DNA of 61,564 nucleotides, the filler included. It is 3 parts of 3 records of this genome, joined end to end, with 100 filler letters (N's around TTAATTAATTAA, not from the genome) between each part and the next. Parts side by side here need not be neighbours in the genome. Positions count along the whole stretch, not along the records: positions 18,429 to 42,390 come from SRR31156797_8201; 2 more parts are not named here. One strand, given 5' to 3'. Positions 27,064 through 36,964 of the stretch are shown piece by piece. The position numbers were made by a program, and so were the translations under genes. The stretch's first letter is position 1; each line of letters starts with the position of its first letter. The notes beneath the pieces were generated by a model. That model was given only the letters and a program-made list of their open reading frames with translations. It did no database searches and was not told where the DNA came from.

Positions 27064-28872
27064 ATGAAGAAATTATTTTTCTTACTATTAGCAACAATTT
27101 TCATTAGCGCTTCGGCTATAGCCGAGGAGGTTAAATTTACAGCAGCAGCTCCTAAAGTAGTTGAAGCTGGTGAACAATTTAGACTTGTGTACAGTGTAAA
27201 TCAAAAAGGGAAAGAATTAAAAATGCCTTCTCTTGCTGGTTTTCGAGTATTAGCGGGACCATCAACGTCCAGAAGTTCGAATTCGCAATACATAAATGGG
27301 AAATGGTCTTCTGCCACATCCTACACATATACTTATGTCTTGTTAGCAGAAAAAGAAGGAAAGTATACAATTAATCCAGCCAAAATAAAGGTGAAAGATT
27401 ATGAGTTTACATCCAACTCTTTAAATGTTGAAGTTGTTAAAGCAAATGAAAAACCGCAAGGGACTCAAGGGTCTCAGCAGCAAAATCAGGCTAGTGCAAC
27501 CAAAATTACTCAGGCAAACCTATTTGTTAAGGTTGATGTAGACCGTAAAAGTGTTTATATGGGTGAGCACGTTGTTGCTACAATTAAAGTATACACAAGG
27601 CTTAATATTGCCGGATTTGGAGATTCTAAATTTCCATCGTTCAATGGTTTTTTAAGTCAGGAAATCCCAACTTCAGGTCAGATATCTTTACAGAGAGAGA
27701 ATGTGAATGGAACGATTTACAATGCAGGTGTGATCAGAAAATTAATTTTGTTCCCGCAACATACTGGTAACATCACTATCGATCCATTCGAACTGGAATG
27801 TATCATTCGTCAACGACGTTCAAGTGGAAATAGAGGTTTCTTCGATGATTTCTTTGATAACCATCAGGACATTCGTGTTCCTCGAAAAAGTAAACCACTT
27901 ACGATTCGTGTGAAAGATTTTCCATCAAACAAGCCAGCCAGTTTCGATGGCGCTGTTGGTAAATTCAAACTTTCAGCTACTATTGATAAGGATTCTGTTC
28001 AGGCAAACGATGCTGTTACTTTAAAAGTAAAAGTTTCAGGTAATGGAAATTTAAAATTGATTAATCCTCCTGAATTTGATTTCCCCGCAGATTTTGAAGT
28101 TTACGATCCAAAAACAAATCAGAACCTTAAAAACACAGCCAAAGGAACATCAGGCTCTACCACTTTCGAATATTTAATTATTCCTAGGCATGCTGGTAAT
28201 TATGAAATTCCTCCAGTAGATTTTAGCTATTTCGATCCGAAAGCAAAAATTTATAGAACCAGATCTACTCCTAAATTCAACATTAAAGTTGGTAAAGGAA
28301 GTGGAGATGCTTCGGCAACTGTGATTAGTTCTTTCTCGAAAGAAGATGTAAAGTTTATTGGTAAGGATATCAGATTTATTAAAACCAATGTATTTACACC
28401 TAGAATTAAAGGTGAAGTATTCTTTGGAACCATGAATTTCTATCTTGGCTATATCATTCCATTTGTGCTATTTATTTTAGCATTTGTTTTCAACCGAAAA
28501 CGAATTAAAGAGAATGCAGATGTAGCAAGAGTGAAAAACAAACGTGCTAATCGCGTTGCTATGAAACGCTTAAAAGCTGCTTCGGCAAGCTTAAAAGCTA
28601 AGCAGAAAGAGCAATTCTACGATGAGATTTTAAAAGCCCTTTGGGGATATACTTCGGACAAACTGAATTTGCCTCTGTCTGACCTTAATAAAGAAAACAT
28701 TACCGAAATCCTTCAAGGAAAAGCAGTAAAACAAGAATTAACAGATGAATTCCTTAGCATTTTGGACACTTGTGAGTTCGCAAGATATGCTCCTTCATCC
28801 GGTTCATCAGAAATGGATGAGTTGTATTCTAAAACAATGGAAACCATTACAAAATTAGAAAAGAGCATCTAG
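27064..28872 (+). CDS. batD: BatD protein
   Basis: Signal peptide, GPS, LFPQHTG, GAVGKF, GNGNL, CEFARYAP. Confidence 0.9.
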   Translation: MKKLFFLLLATIFISASAIAEEVKFTAAAPKVVEAGEQFRLVYSVNQKGKELKMPSLAGFRVLAGPSTSRSSNSQYINGKWSSATSYTYTYVLLAEKEGKYTINPAKIKVKDYEFTSNSLNVEVVKANEKPQGTQGSQQQNQASATKITQANLFVKVDVDRKSVYMGEHVVATIKVYTRLNIAGFGDSKFPSFNGFLSQEIPTSGQISLQRENVNGTIYNAGVIRKLILFPQHTGNITIDPFELECIIRQRRSSGNRGFFDDFFDNHQDIRVPRKSKPLTIRVKDFPSNKPASFDGAVGKFKLSATIDKDSVQANDAVTLKVKVSGNGNLKLINPPEFDFPADFEVYDPKTNQNLKNTAKGTSGSTTFEYLIIPRHAGNYEIPPVDFSYFDPKAKIYRTRSTPKFNIKVGKGSGDASATVISSFSKEDVKFIGKDIRFIKTNVFTPRIKGEVFFGTMNFYLGYIIPFVLFILAFVFNRKRIKENADVARVKNKRANRVAMKRLKAASASLKAKQKEQFYDEILKALWGYTSDKLNLPLSDLNKENITEILQGKAVKQELTDEFLSILDTCEFARYAPSSGSSEMDELYSKTMETITKLEKSI

Positions 28873-28888
28873 TTTAATTTTAAGAAAA

Positions 28889-29638
28889 ATGAAGAAACTT
28901 TTATATATCGTAATCGCTTTATTGTGTGTAAGTCAGATTCAGGCACAGGAAACACCTATTAGCGAAGCAAATGATTTTTATCAGAAGGGAGAATATGAGA
29001 AAGCAATCAAATCCTACGAATTTGTATTGGAAACTCATTTAGAATCTCCTGAGATTTATTTCAATTTAGCCAATGCCTATTACAAAACCGGACAGATTGC
29101 TCCCGCAATTTTAAATTACGAGAGAGCCAAACTTTTATCTCCTGAAGATAAAGATGTTCAGTACAATTTACAATTGGCACAGGCGCACGTTTTAGATAAA
29201 TTAGAGGTACTTCCAGAATTGATTGTTAGCAAATGGTACGCTGGGATCAGAAATGCATTTTCGGCCAAATTATGGTCCTACTTTTCAATGGGATTTTTCT
29301 TTATCTGTTTGATATTTGCTAGCTTCTACCTTTATAGTAACAAAAGTGGCTTAAAAAAGATTGGTTTCTTACTGGCTGTTCTTTGCTTCGGATTTAGCAT
29401 TTTGTTCTATTCCTTTGCATCACAGAAAACAAAAGAAATCACCATACGTGAATATGCAATCATCTTTAGTCCAAGTGTTACCATTAAAGGATCTCCTGAT
29501 CAGAGTGGTACTGAATTGTTCTTACTACACGAAGGAACTAAAGTGAAGGTTATAGATGAACTTGGCGATTGGAGAAACATTCAGTTAAGTGATGGAAACG
29601 AAGGTTGGTTGAAAAAAGAAGACATCGAAAAAATTTAA
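28889..29638 (+). CDS. batE: BatE TPR + SH3 protein
   Basis: YFNLANAYYK, AILNYERA, two TMs, LHEGTKV...GNEGW. Confidence 0.9.
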   Translation: MKKLLYIVIALLCVSQIQAQETPISEANDFYQKGEYEKAIKSYEFVLETHLESPEIYFNLANAYYKTGQIAPAILNYERAKLLSPEDKDVQYNLQLAQAHVLDKLEVLPELIVSKWYAGIRNAFSAKLWSYFSMGFFFICLIFASFYLYSNKSGLKKIGFLLAVLCFGFSILFYSFASQKTKEITIREYAIIFSPSVTIKGSPDQSGTELFLLHEGTKVKVIDELGDWRNIQLSDGNEGWLKKEDIEKI

Positions 29639-29661
29639 ACCATCTTTTAAATTAAGATATT

Positions 29662-29690
29662 AGCTGCTAGTTTTACTAGCAGCTTTTTTT
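29662..29690 (+). terminator. Intrinsic terminator of the bat operon
   Basis: AGCTGCTAG-TTTTA-CTAGCAGCT followed by a T run. Confidence 0.8.
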
Positions 29691-29704
29691 ATAAAATTCA
29701 GAAA

Positions 29705-30583
29705 ATGAAACACAGCATACAAAACGACACATTACAAGTAAGTGTTAAAGAAACCGGAGCGGAACTCTGCAGCATAAAGTCAATTAGCAGTAATCAGGAA
29801 TTTATCTGGCAAGCTAATCCTGATATTTGGGGAAGTCATGCTCCAAACCTATTCCCTGTTATTGGATGCCTAAAAGATAATGGTTTTATACATGAAGGGA
29901 AAGAATATGCTATGCCTAAACATGGTTTTATTCGTAATAATTCGGATATAAGATTACTCGAAAAAGCAGAAAACAGATTGAGTTTTATACAGAAATCAAA
30001 TGATAATACAAGAATGGTTTATCCTTTCGAATTTGAGTTCAAAATTCACTTTATTTTGGAAGCAAATCAACTAAGAGTAGTTCATGAAATCACCAATACC
30101 GGAGATGGAGAAATGCTTTTCAACTTAGGTGGACATCCAGCATTCAATTGTCAGATACAGGATGATGAAGCCTACTCCGATTACTATTTGGAATTTGAAG
30201 AAAAGGAAACTTTGAATACATGGAATTTAGCAGAAGGAGGACTAATTAAATGTGAAGGAAGGCAAGTTGTAGAGAATGAAAAACAAATAAACTTGCATCC
30301 CGAAATATTTGCCAACGATGCATTAATCTTTAAAAATTTAAAATCATCAGCTGTAAGTCTTAAGTGTAAGAAATCAGATTTTGAGTTAAAAGTAAACTTT
30401 GGTGATTTTCCTTATTTGGGATTATGGGCGAAGCCACATGCCCCCTATGTTTGCATAGAACCATGGATTGGAATTGCCGATTCCGCAAATACCAATCGTG
30501 AATTCAACACCAAAGAATTGATACAAAAATTACCTTCTTCAGAATCATTCTCAGCCGAATATTCTATTGAAATAAAGGAATAA
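29705..30583 (+). CDS. Aldose 1-epimerase family (LacX-like)
   Basis: GAELCSI, WGSHAPNLFP, KHGF, GGHPAF, YVCIEPW. Confidence 0.9.
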   Translation: MKHSIQNDTLQVSVKETGAELCSIKSISSNQEFIWQANPDIWGSHAPNLFPVIGCLKDNGFIHEGKEYAMPKHGFIRNNSDIRLLEKAENRLSFIQKSNDNTRMVYPFEFEFKIHFILEANQLRVVHEITNTGDGEMLFNLGGHPAFNCQIQDDEAYSDYYLEFEEKETLNTWNLAEGGLIKCEGRQVVENEKQINLHPEIFANDALIFKNLKSSAVSLKCKKSDFELKVNFGDFPYLGLWAKPHAPYVCIEPWIGIADSANTNREFNTKELIQKLPSSESFSAEYSIEIKE

Positions 30584-30586
30584 ACC

Positions 30587-30622
30587 AAAACCGCAGCAAA
30601 AATAAGTTTGCTGCGGTTTTTT
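30587..30622. terminator. Bidirectional intrinsic terminator
   Basis: AAAACCGCAGCAAA / TTTGCTGCGGTTTT between convergent genes. Confidence 0.85.
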
Positions 30623-30625
30623 ATA

Positions 30626-31708
30626 TTATTTCAATGCCGGATAATCAGTGTAACCAACTTCGTTCCCACCATAAAAGGTTTCCTGATTAGCTGTATTCAA
30701 TTCCGCATTCACTTCAAATCGTTTCTCTAAGTCCGGATTAGCCAAATAAGGAACCCCAAAAGAAACCAATTCAGTTACACCATTCTCAATTGCATTATTT
30801 CCGGAATCTTTGGTAAATCCTCCGTTTATCATCCGTACACCATTATAAAGTTTTCCATAATAAGATGAAACATCTTTAATCAATTGTGGATGCTCATCAA
30901 CTGGCATTAAAGGTTCAATTAAATGAAGATAAGACAACTTATAAGCATTTAACTTTTCGATAACATATTTGAAAATTTCTGTTGGATTTGAATCTCCCAT
31001 ATCATTAAACAAACCACTAGGAGAAAGTCGTACTCCTACTCTATCATTTGACCAAACTTCACTTACAGCATCTACTACCTCAAACAAAAAACGTGCTCTG
31101 TTCTCAATACTGCCACCATATTTATCCTTACGGTGATTGGTTTTATCTACTAAAAACTGATCGATTAAATAGCCATTGGCTGCATGAATTTCGATTCCAT
31201 CAAATCCTGCTTCCATTGCATTTTTAGCAGCATTTTTAAAATCTTCGACAATGTCTTTAATTTCTGAAAGTTCTAACTCTCGTGGCTCAACAAAATCTTT
31301 TAATCCTTCGTAGGTAAAAGCTTGACCAGCTGGTTTTATTGCCGATGGAGCAACAGGCAAATCACCCTCATGAAAATCAGGATGAGATATACGTCCAACA
31401 TGCCAAAGTTGAATGAAAATTTTACCACCGGCATTATGAACTTTATCCGTCACTTTTTTCCAACCTTTAACCTGCTCCTGATTATAAATTCCTGGCGTAG
31501 CAGGATATCCCATTCCTTGTGGTGAGATTTGACTTGCTTCGGTAATAATTAGTCCGGCGCCCGATCTTTGCTCATAATAATTTGCCATCAAATCTGTTGG
31601 CACATTTCCCTCTCCAGCTCTGTTTCTGGTCATAGGTGCCATTACCATTCTATTTTTCAAGTCCAAATCAGTAATTGAAAAGGTACTTAGAAGTGTATTT
31701 TTTGTCAT
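30626..31708 (-). CDS. Old yellow enzyme alkene reductase (NemA-like)
   Basis: NRMVMAPMTR, QLWHVGR, EIHAANGYLIDQF, VRLSP, GYTDYP. Confidence 0.9.
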   Translation of the reverse strand: MTKNTLLSTFSITDLDLKNRMVMAPMTRNRAGEGNVPTDLMANYYEQRSGAGLIITEASQISPQGMGYPATPGIYNQEQVKGWKKVTDKVHNAGGKIFIQLWHVGRISHPDFHEGDLPVAPSAIKPAGQAFTYEGLKDFVEPRELELSEIKDIVEDFKNAAKNAMEAGFDGIEIHAANGYLIDQFLVDKTNHRKDKYGGSIENRARFLFEVVDAVSEVWSNDRVGVRLSPSGLFNDMGDSNPTEIFKYVIEKLNAYKLSYLHLIEPLMPVDEHPQLIKDVSSYYGKLYNGVRMINGGFTKDSGNNAIENGVTELVSFGVPYLANPDLEKRFEVNAELNTANQETFYGGNEVGYTDYPALK

Positions 31709-31895
31709 CGTACTTTTTTATTATTTTTATTTATACAAGATATAAATAAGATCTCATATCTTGAAAAAAGAATTTTTTGAGCATCCTATAAATGAATTTA
31801 TAAGATCAAATGAAAAGGCTAGATCAAAATTAAGAGTGACTTGAACCTAAAGGTCTCGACATTGCTTTGTATCTTCGCCTCAAATTAGCTTTAAC

Positions 31896-33716
31896 ATGAA
31901 CAAAATAGAACTATTAGCTCCGGCTAAAAATCTGGAAACAGGTATAGCAGCCATTAATTATGGAGCTGATGCCGTATATATTGGAGCTCCTAAATTTGGG
32001 GCTCGCTCTGCAGCTGGAAATACCTTGGAAGACATAGCCGAACTAATTGACTATGCTCACCGGTATTGGGCAAAGGTATTTATTACCATGAATACCATTC
32101 TTTATGATAATGAATTAAAGGAAGCCGAAGAGCTAATTCATCAATTGTATGAATTAGGAGCGGATGCTTTAATTGTACAGGATATGGGAATTCTGGAAAT
32201 GAACCTGCCTCCTATCGAACTGCATGCAAGTACTCAAACTCACAATTACGATCTAGAAAGAATTCAGTTTCTTGAAAAAGTAGGTTTCAAACGTATTATT
32301 CTGGCTCGGGAATTATCTCTTGATCAAATTCAAAACATTAGAAAGCATACCAATGTAGAATTGGAATATTTCGTTCATGGTGCTCTTTGTGTCTCACTCA
32401 GTGGACAATGTTATTTTTCGCATGCAGTTGGTGGGCGATCTGCTAACAGAGGAGAATGCAGCCAGGCTTGTCGAATGAAATACGATCTAGTCGATGAAGA
32501 AGGTAAAGTAATCGCAAAAGATAAACATCTTCTTTCGCTTAAAGATTTGAATCTTTCAGATCATTTGGAAGAGATAATTGAGAATGGAATTTGTTCCTTG
32601 AAAATTGAGGGCAGATTAAAAGACAGCTCTTACCTTAAAAATGTAACCAGCTATTACAGACAAAATCTGGATTCTATTTTTGATAAGAAACGCGAATTCG
32701 AAGCAGCTTCATCCGGTCAAATTAATCCTGGTTTTACACCTGATCCTGAGAAAACTTTTAACCGTGGATATACTAATTATTTCTTTACCGGGCGAGTACC
32801 TGAAATTGCCAATTTCCACACTCCAAAATCAATGGGAAAAGAAATTGGAAAAATTGTTGAAATCAAAAAGGATTACTTTATTGTTGAAAGCAAATTTGAA
32901 TTAAACAATGGGGATGGTTTATGTTTCTTTAATAAAAACAAGCTTCTTAAAGGATTTCAGGTAAATGGCGTTAAAGGGGATAAAATTTATCCTAACGAAA
33001 TGAGCATGCTTCAAAAAGATGCTGTGTTGTATCGTAATAATGATCATGAATTTGCCAAGGTTCTGAAAAGAGATAATTCTGTTCGTAAAATATCGCTTGA
33101 GTTTTTCTTGAATATTTTTGATGGCACTTTGAATCTAACAGCAATTGATGAAGATGAAATTTCTGCGAACATTGAGCTAAAAGCAGATTTTGAAACTGCC
33201 CGTAACGAAGAAATGGCTTTGTCTAATATAAAAAAACAATTGAAAAAAACGGGAGATTCAATTTTTCAGGTTAGCAATATTGAAACTGAATACGACAATG
33301 TTCCATTTATTCAAGCCAAATTGTTAAATGAGCTTCGTAGAGATTGTCTAGAGCAATTGAGCCAAAATAGACTTGACGCGGCAAAACCAATAGAATCAAG
33401 GCCCTTGATTTCACATCCTCAATATCCTACAAAGGAATTGACTTATATGGGAAATGTTGCCAATTGTAACGCCGAAGAGTTTTATCACAAATGTGGTGTA
33501 GAGAAAATCGAAAAAGGATTTGAATTACAGGAAAATTACTCCGGTAAAACCATAATGACCACAAGACACTGTTTACGTCACGAATTTGGAATGTGCCATA
33601 AGGAGACAAAAACTAGTAAAAGTGAGAATACACCTTTGTTTTTAGTAGATAATAAAAACAGATACAAATTAGAATTCAATTGTCAGCGTTGTGAAATGAA
33701 GATTGTTTTCGGGTAA
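31896..33716 (+). CDS. Peptidase U32 family (RlhA-like RNA hydroxylase, long form)
   Basis: ELLAPA, GADAVYIG, HASTQ, HGALCVSLSGQC, NRGECSQACR, KIEGRLK. Confidence 0.9.
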   Translation: MNKIELLAPAKNLETGIAAINYGADAVYIGAPKFGARSAAGNTLEDIAELIDYAHRYWAKVFITMNTILYDNELKEAEELIHQLYELGADALIVQDMGILEMNLPPIELHASTQTHNYDLERIQFLEKVGFKRIILARELSLDQIQNIRKHTNVELEYFVHGALCVSLSGQCYFSHAVGGRSANRGECSQACRMKYDLVDEEGKVIAKDKHLLSLKDLNLSDHLEEIIENGICSLKIEGRLKDSSYLKNVTSYYRQNLDSIFDKKREFEAASSGQINPGFTPDPEKTFNRGYTNYFFTGRVPEIANFHTPKSMGKEIGKIVEIKKDYFIVESKFELNNGDGLCFFNKNKLLKGFQVNGVKGDKIYPNEMSMLQKDAVLYRNNDHEFAKVLKRDNSVRKISLEFFLNIFDGTLNLTAIDEDEISANIELKADFETARNEEMALSNIKKQLKKTGDSIFQVSNIETEYDNVPFIQAKLLNELRRDCLEQLSQNRLDAAKPIESRPLISHPQYPTKELTYMGNVANCNAEEFYHKCGVEKIEKGFELQENYSGKTIMTTRHCLRHEFGMCHKETKTSKSENTPLFLVDNKNRYKLEFNCQRCEMKIVFG

Positions 33717-33763
33717 ATACAATTTATTATGCAATAAGATTACGAACCGTTAAAGTATTAGTT

Positions 33764-34411
33764 ATGGTTCATTATATAGAGAAACTAATTCGCGAAGGAG
33801 AACATCAGCAACAGGATTTTAAATTTTGCATTACCGATTCCAAAAAGATTGCAAAATCATTGTCTGCCTTCGCGAACACTGATGGTGGGAAACTACTTAT
33901 TGGAGTAAAAGACAATGGAAAAATTGCCGGAGCACAAATAGATGAAGAATTTCATATGGTTCAAGCTGCAGCAGAAATATATAGTCGTCCTAAAATTACT
34001 TTTGAAAGTAAAGTGTGGAGCATTAATGGTAAGAATGTACTGGAAATTACTGTTGCTCCATCGGACGAAATGCCTCACTATGCTCAAAATGAAGATGGAA
34101 AATGGTTGGCTTACGTTCGTAAATTTGATGAAAACAAATTAGCCAACCGTATCATGCTTGAAGTGTGGAAACGTAAATCGAAACCAACCGGCACTTATTT
34201 AGAATATACAGAAACTGAGAGTTTACTGCTGGATTATCTGAAAACCAAACCTGACATTAGTTTAAATAAGTATTGTCGATTGGCAAAAATAAGCCGATAC
34301 AAAGCCGAAAGAATTCTCGTGAAACTAATTTGCTGGGATGTAATTGAACCTGAATTTGGGGAATTTGGAACGAGCTATAAGATCAAGCAAATCAAAAACA
34401 ATTCTTTCTAA
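33764..34411 (+). CDS. Schlafen/AlbA_2 domain protein
   Basis: GEHQQQDFK, IAKSLSAFANTDGGKLLIGVKDNG. Confidence 0.85.
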   Translation: MVHYIEKLIREGEHQQQDFKFCITDSKKIAKSLSAFANTDGGKLLIGVKDNGKIAGAQIDEEFHMVQAAAEIYSRPKITFESKVWSINGKNVLEITVAPSDEMPHYAQNEDGKWLAYVRKFDENKLANRIMLEVWKRKSKPTGTYLEYTETESLLLDYLKTKPDISLNKYCRLAKISRYKAERILVKLICWDVIEPEFGEFGTSYKIKQIKNNSF

Positions 34412-34431
34412 ATCTGTTCATAATAAAGCAC

Positions 34432-34610
34432 AAAAAAACCGCATTAATTATTGGGATTTTAAACTCCTGTATGACAGGATTTGAGTGCCTGCTTGGTCAA
34501 GTTTCCCCTGTGCCGAAACAACCCGAAGGTTGGGGCCTGCTTTTACAAGCATGTTGCTTTCTCGGTATGTGATAACTGTTGAGTTTAACAATCGCTAATT
34601 AATGCGGTAT
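34432..34610 (-). ncRNA. ssrS: Probable 6S RNA (Bacteroidota type)
   Basis: ~170-nt rod: 13-bp terminal stem ACCGCATTAATTA/TAATTAATGCGGT, inner TTAAACTC/GAGTTTAA stem, C(UUCG)G hairpin on the minus strand (34519-34532), U-tail on the minus strand. AAACTCAACA...AGGAGTTTA motifs match my recollection of Bacteroidota 6S RNAs. Confidence 0.65.
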
Positions 34611-34843
34611 GTCTTTATCTTGTATGTAAAAGAACGTTCTTTCTCTAAAACAAAGTAAGTAAGAATATCCCCATAAAACAAGGGATACAGTGTTTTTTTC
34701 CTTTATTTTTGACGAATAAGACAAGAGATATTTCACAACGATCAAACAATGAATTTTTTAGAAACGTCCGTGCAAAATTGAAAATAAATGGAAATTTGCG
34801 CTCTATATCAATATTTGTATTTTTACGATCTAATTTTTCAATA

Positions 34844-35512
34844 ATGTCAGCAGTTCCATATATCGATATTCATACACATACCACGTATTCTAAAGGGAAT
34901 ACCGTGGCTATTGTTAATATATCATATTCAGATCAGCCGAACAATTTGAACTGTGATTCACTATACTCTATTGGTCTGCATCCTTGGAATATAGCTAAAG
35001 TGGAACTATTCAATTTAAGCAAAGAATTAGCTCAACAAGCAGTCAATTTAAACGCCATAGCTATAGGCGAAATTGGTTTGGATAAAATCATAGATACAGA
35101 TTTTAAGAAGCAGGAAGAAATTTTCAAATCTCAGCTTATTGTAGCCAAACAATTACAAAAGCCTGTAATTATACACTGCGTGAAAGCTTTTTCAGATCTT
35201 ATTCGAATAAAAAAAAGTAATGATACCCTTACTCCATGGATTATTCATGGTTATCAAAAAAATATCGAAATAGCTAACAACCTGCTAAATGTCGGTTGTT
35301 ATTTATCCTTTGGAAAGGCTCTGCTAAATAACGATAAACTTCAAAAGATTTTCCAAAATATACCTGAAGGTAAATTCTTTTTGGAAACCGATGATAGCAA
35401 TATCTCCATTGAAGATATTTATTTGAAAGCGGCTATACTTAAGAATAAAAGTGTAGACGATATAAAAACACAGATAATTAAAAATTACAATACCTGTTTT
35501 AAAAAATTATGA
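34844..35512 (+). CDS. TatD-family DNase/hydrolase
   Basis: DIHTH, GLHPW, IGEIGLD, IIHCVKA, IIHG, LETD. Confidence 0.9.
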   Translation: MSAVPYIDIHTHTTYSKGNTVAIVNISYSDQPNNLNCDSLYSIGLHPWNIAKVELFNLSKELAQQAVNLNAIAIGEIGLDKIIDTDFKKQEEIFKSQLIVAKQLQKPVIIHCVKAFSDLIRIKKSNDTLTPWIIHGYQKNIEIANNLLNVGCYLSFGKALLNNDKLQKIFQNIPEGKFFLETDDSNISIEDIYLKAAILKNKSVDDIKTQIIKNYNTCFKKL

Positions 35513-36231
35513 GTGAAGAATGGTTGAGCCGAACAAATTTATTGTTGGGTGAAGAGAAACTGAACATTTTAAAAAACTCCCATGTTTTAATTGTTGGATT
35601 GGGAGGAGTCGGAGCATATGCTGCCGAACAAATTTGCCGTGCAGGAGTAGGCAAAATGACGATTGTTGATGGAGATAGAATTGATACCTCAAATATTAAT
35701 AGACAGTTACCCGCAACCACCTCAAATGTAAATAAAGATAAGGCTGAGGTTATGGGGGCAAGACTTTTAGATATCAATCCAAATCTAGATCTGAAAATAA
35801 AAAATGAATATTTACGAGAGGAAAGAATAGGTGAAGTACTGGTAGAAGAGAAGTACGATTACGTGGTTGATGCCATTGATACTTTAGCACCTAAAATTTT
35901 TCTGATATACCGTAGTTTACAAAACAACCTTAAAATTGTTTCGGCAATGGGTGCAGGTGGTAAAACCGATCCCTCTAAAATTCAAATTGCAGATATCTCG
36001 GAAACCTACAATTGCAAATTAGCAAGAATGTTACGCAAGAAACTTCATAAGTTGGATGTTTATGAAGGAGTCAAAGTAGTTTTTTCTCCCGAAGATGTAT
36101 CTAAAGATGCAGTTATTTTGGATGAAAGCAGAAACAAAAAATCAAATGTAGGTACCATTTCTTACATGCCTCCTTTGTTTGGTTGTTTTATTTCATCTGT
36201 TGTTATCAAAGGCTTATTGCCAGATGAGTAA
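35509..36231 (+). CDS. tcdA: tRNA threonylcarbamoyladenosine dehydratase
   Basis: GLGGVG, SNINRQL, VVDAID, SAMGAG, GTISYMP. Confidence 0.9.
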   Translation: MSEEWLSRTNLLLGEEKLNILKNSHVLIVGLGGVGAYAAEQICRAGVGKMTIVDGDRIDTSNINRQLPATTSNVNKDKAEVMGARLLDINPNLDLKIKNEYLREERIGEVLVEEKYDYVVDAIDTLAPKIFLIYRSLQNNLKIVSAMGAGGKTDPSKIQIADISETYNCKLARMLRKKLHKLDVYEGVKVVFSPEDVSKDAVILDESRNKKSNVGTISYMPPLFGCFISSVVIKGLLPDE

Positions 36232-36256
36232 ATCACGATAAATTCTATTCATTTCT

Positions 36257-36763
36257 ATGTTCTATTACGATATTATATCAACTCCAATTGGTCAACTCTT
36301 ACTATTATCAAGTGATGAAGGATTAAAAAAGATACTATTTGAGAATCAGTTTGACACTTCGAGCATTGATTCGAATTGGTTACATGATTCTTCGAAATTA
36401 ATATTGGTGAGAGAACAATTGAAAGCTTATTTCTCAAAAGAATTAACTCATTTTAATTTGAAATTGGCTCCTGAAGGAACAGTTTTTCAAAAACAGATTT
36501 GGGATGAATTGCAACAAATTCCTTATGGGGAATTAAGATCTTATCAAGATATTGCCAATGCCATTAATAAACCAACAGCATGCCGCGCTGTTGGTATGGC
36601 AAACTCACAAAACCCAATTCCAATTGTAATACCCTGTCACCGGGTTATTGGCAAAAATGGTAAACTTACCGGCTATGCAGGAGGTTTAGAAAACAAATCC
36701 AAACTTTTACAGATTGAAAACATTGATTTAAAAGGTAATGCAAAACAATATCAATTGTTCTAG
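36257..36763 (+). CDS. ogt: Methylated-DNA-protein-cysteine methyltransferase
   Basis: GTVFQ, IPYG, RAVG, IPCHRV active site, LTGYAGG. Confidence 0.95.
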   Translation: MFYYDIISTPIGQLLLLSSDEGLKKILFENQFDTSSIDSNWLHDSSKLILVREQLKAYFSKELTHFNLKLAPEGTVFQKQIWDELQQIPYGELRSYQDIANAINKPTACRAVGMANSQNPIPIVIPCHRVIGKNGKLTGYAGGLENKSKLLQIENIDLKGNAKQYQLF

Positions 36764-36964
36764 GTTTTCATATTATTTGTCTTGAAAATTCTATCCAAAA
36801 CACTTATTAAAGCTTAAGCATCTTAAGCTTTAATATACTGCAAATAAGTGCATTTTATCTTTGATTTAAGAGCTAATTCTTCTAACTTGCCCTCCGTTTG
36901 AGTTTTAAGTGTTAATAGCACTAAAACACGAACTGAATTATTTCATAAATCAATAAACAATTTC

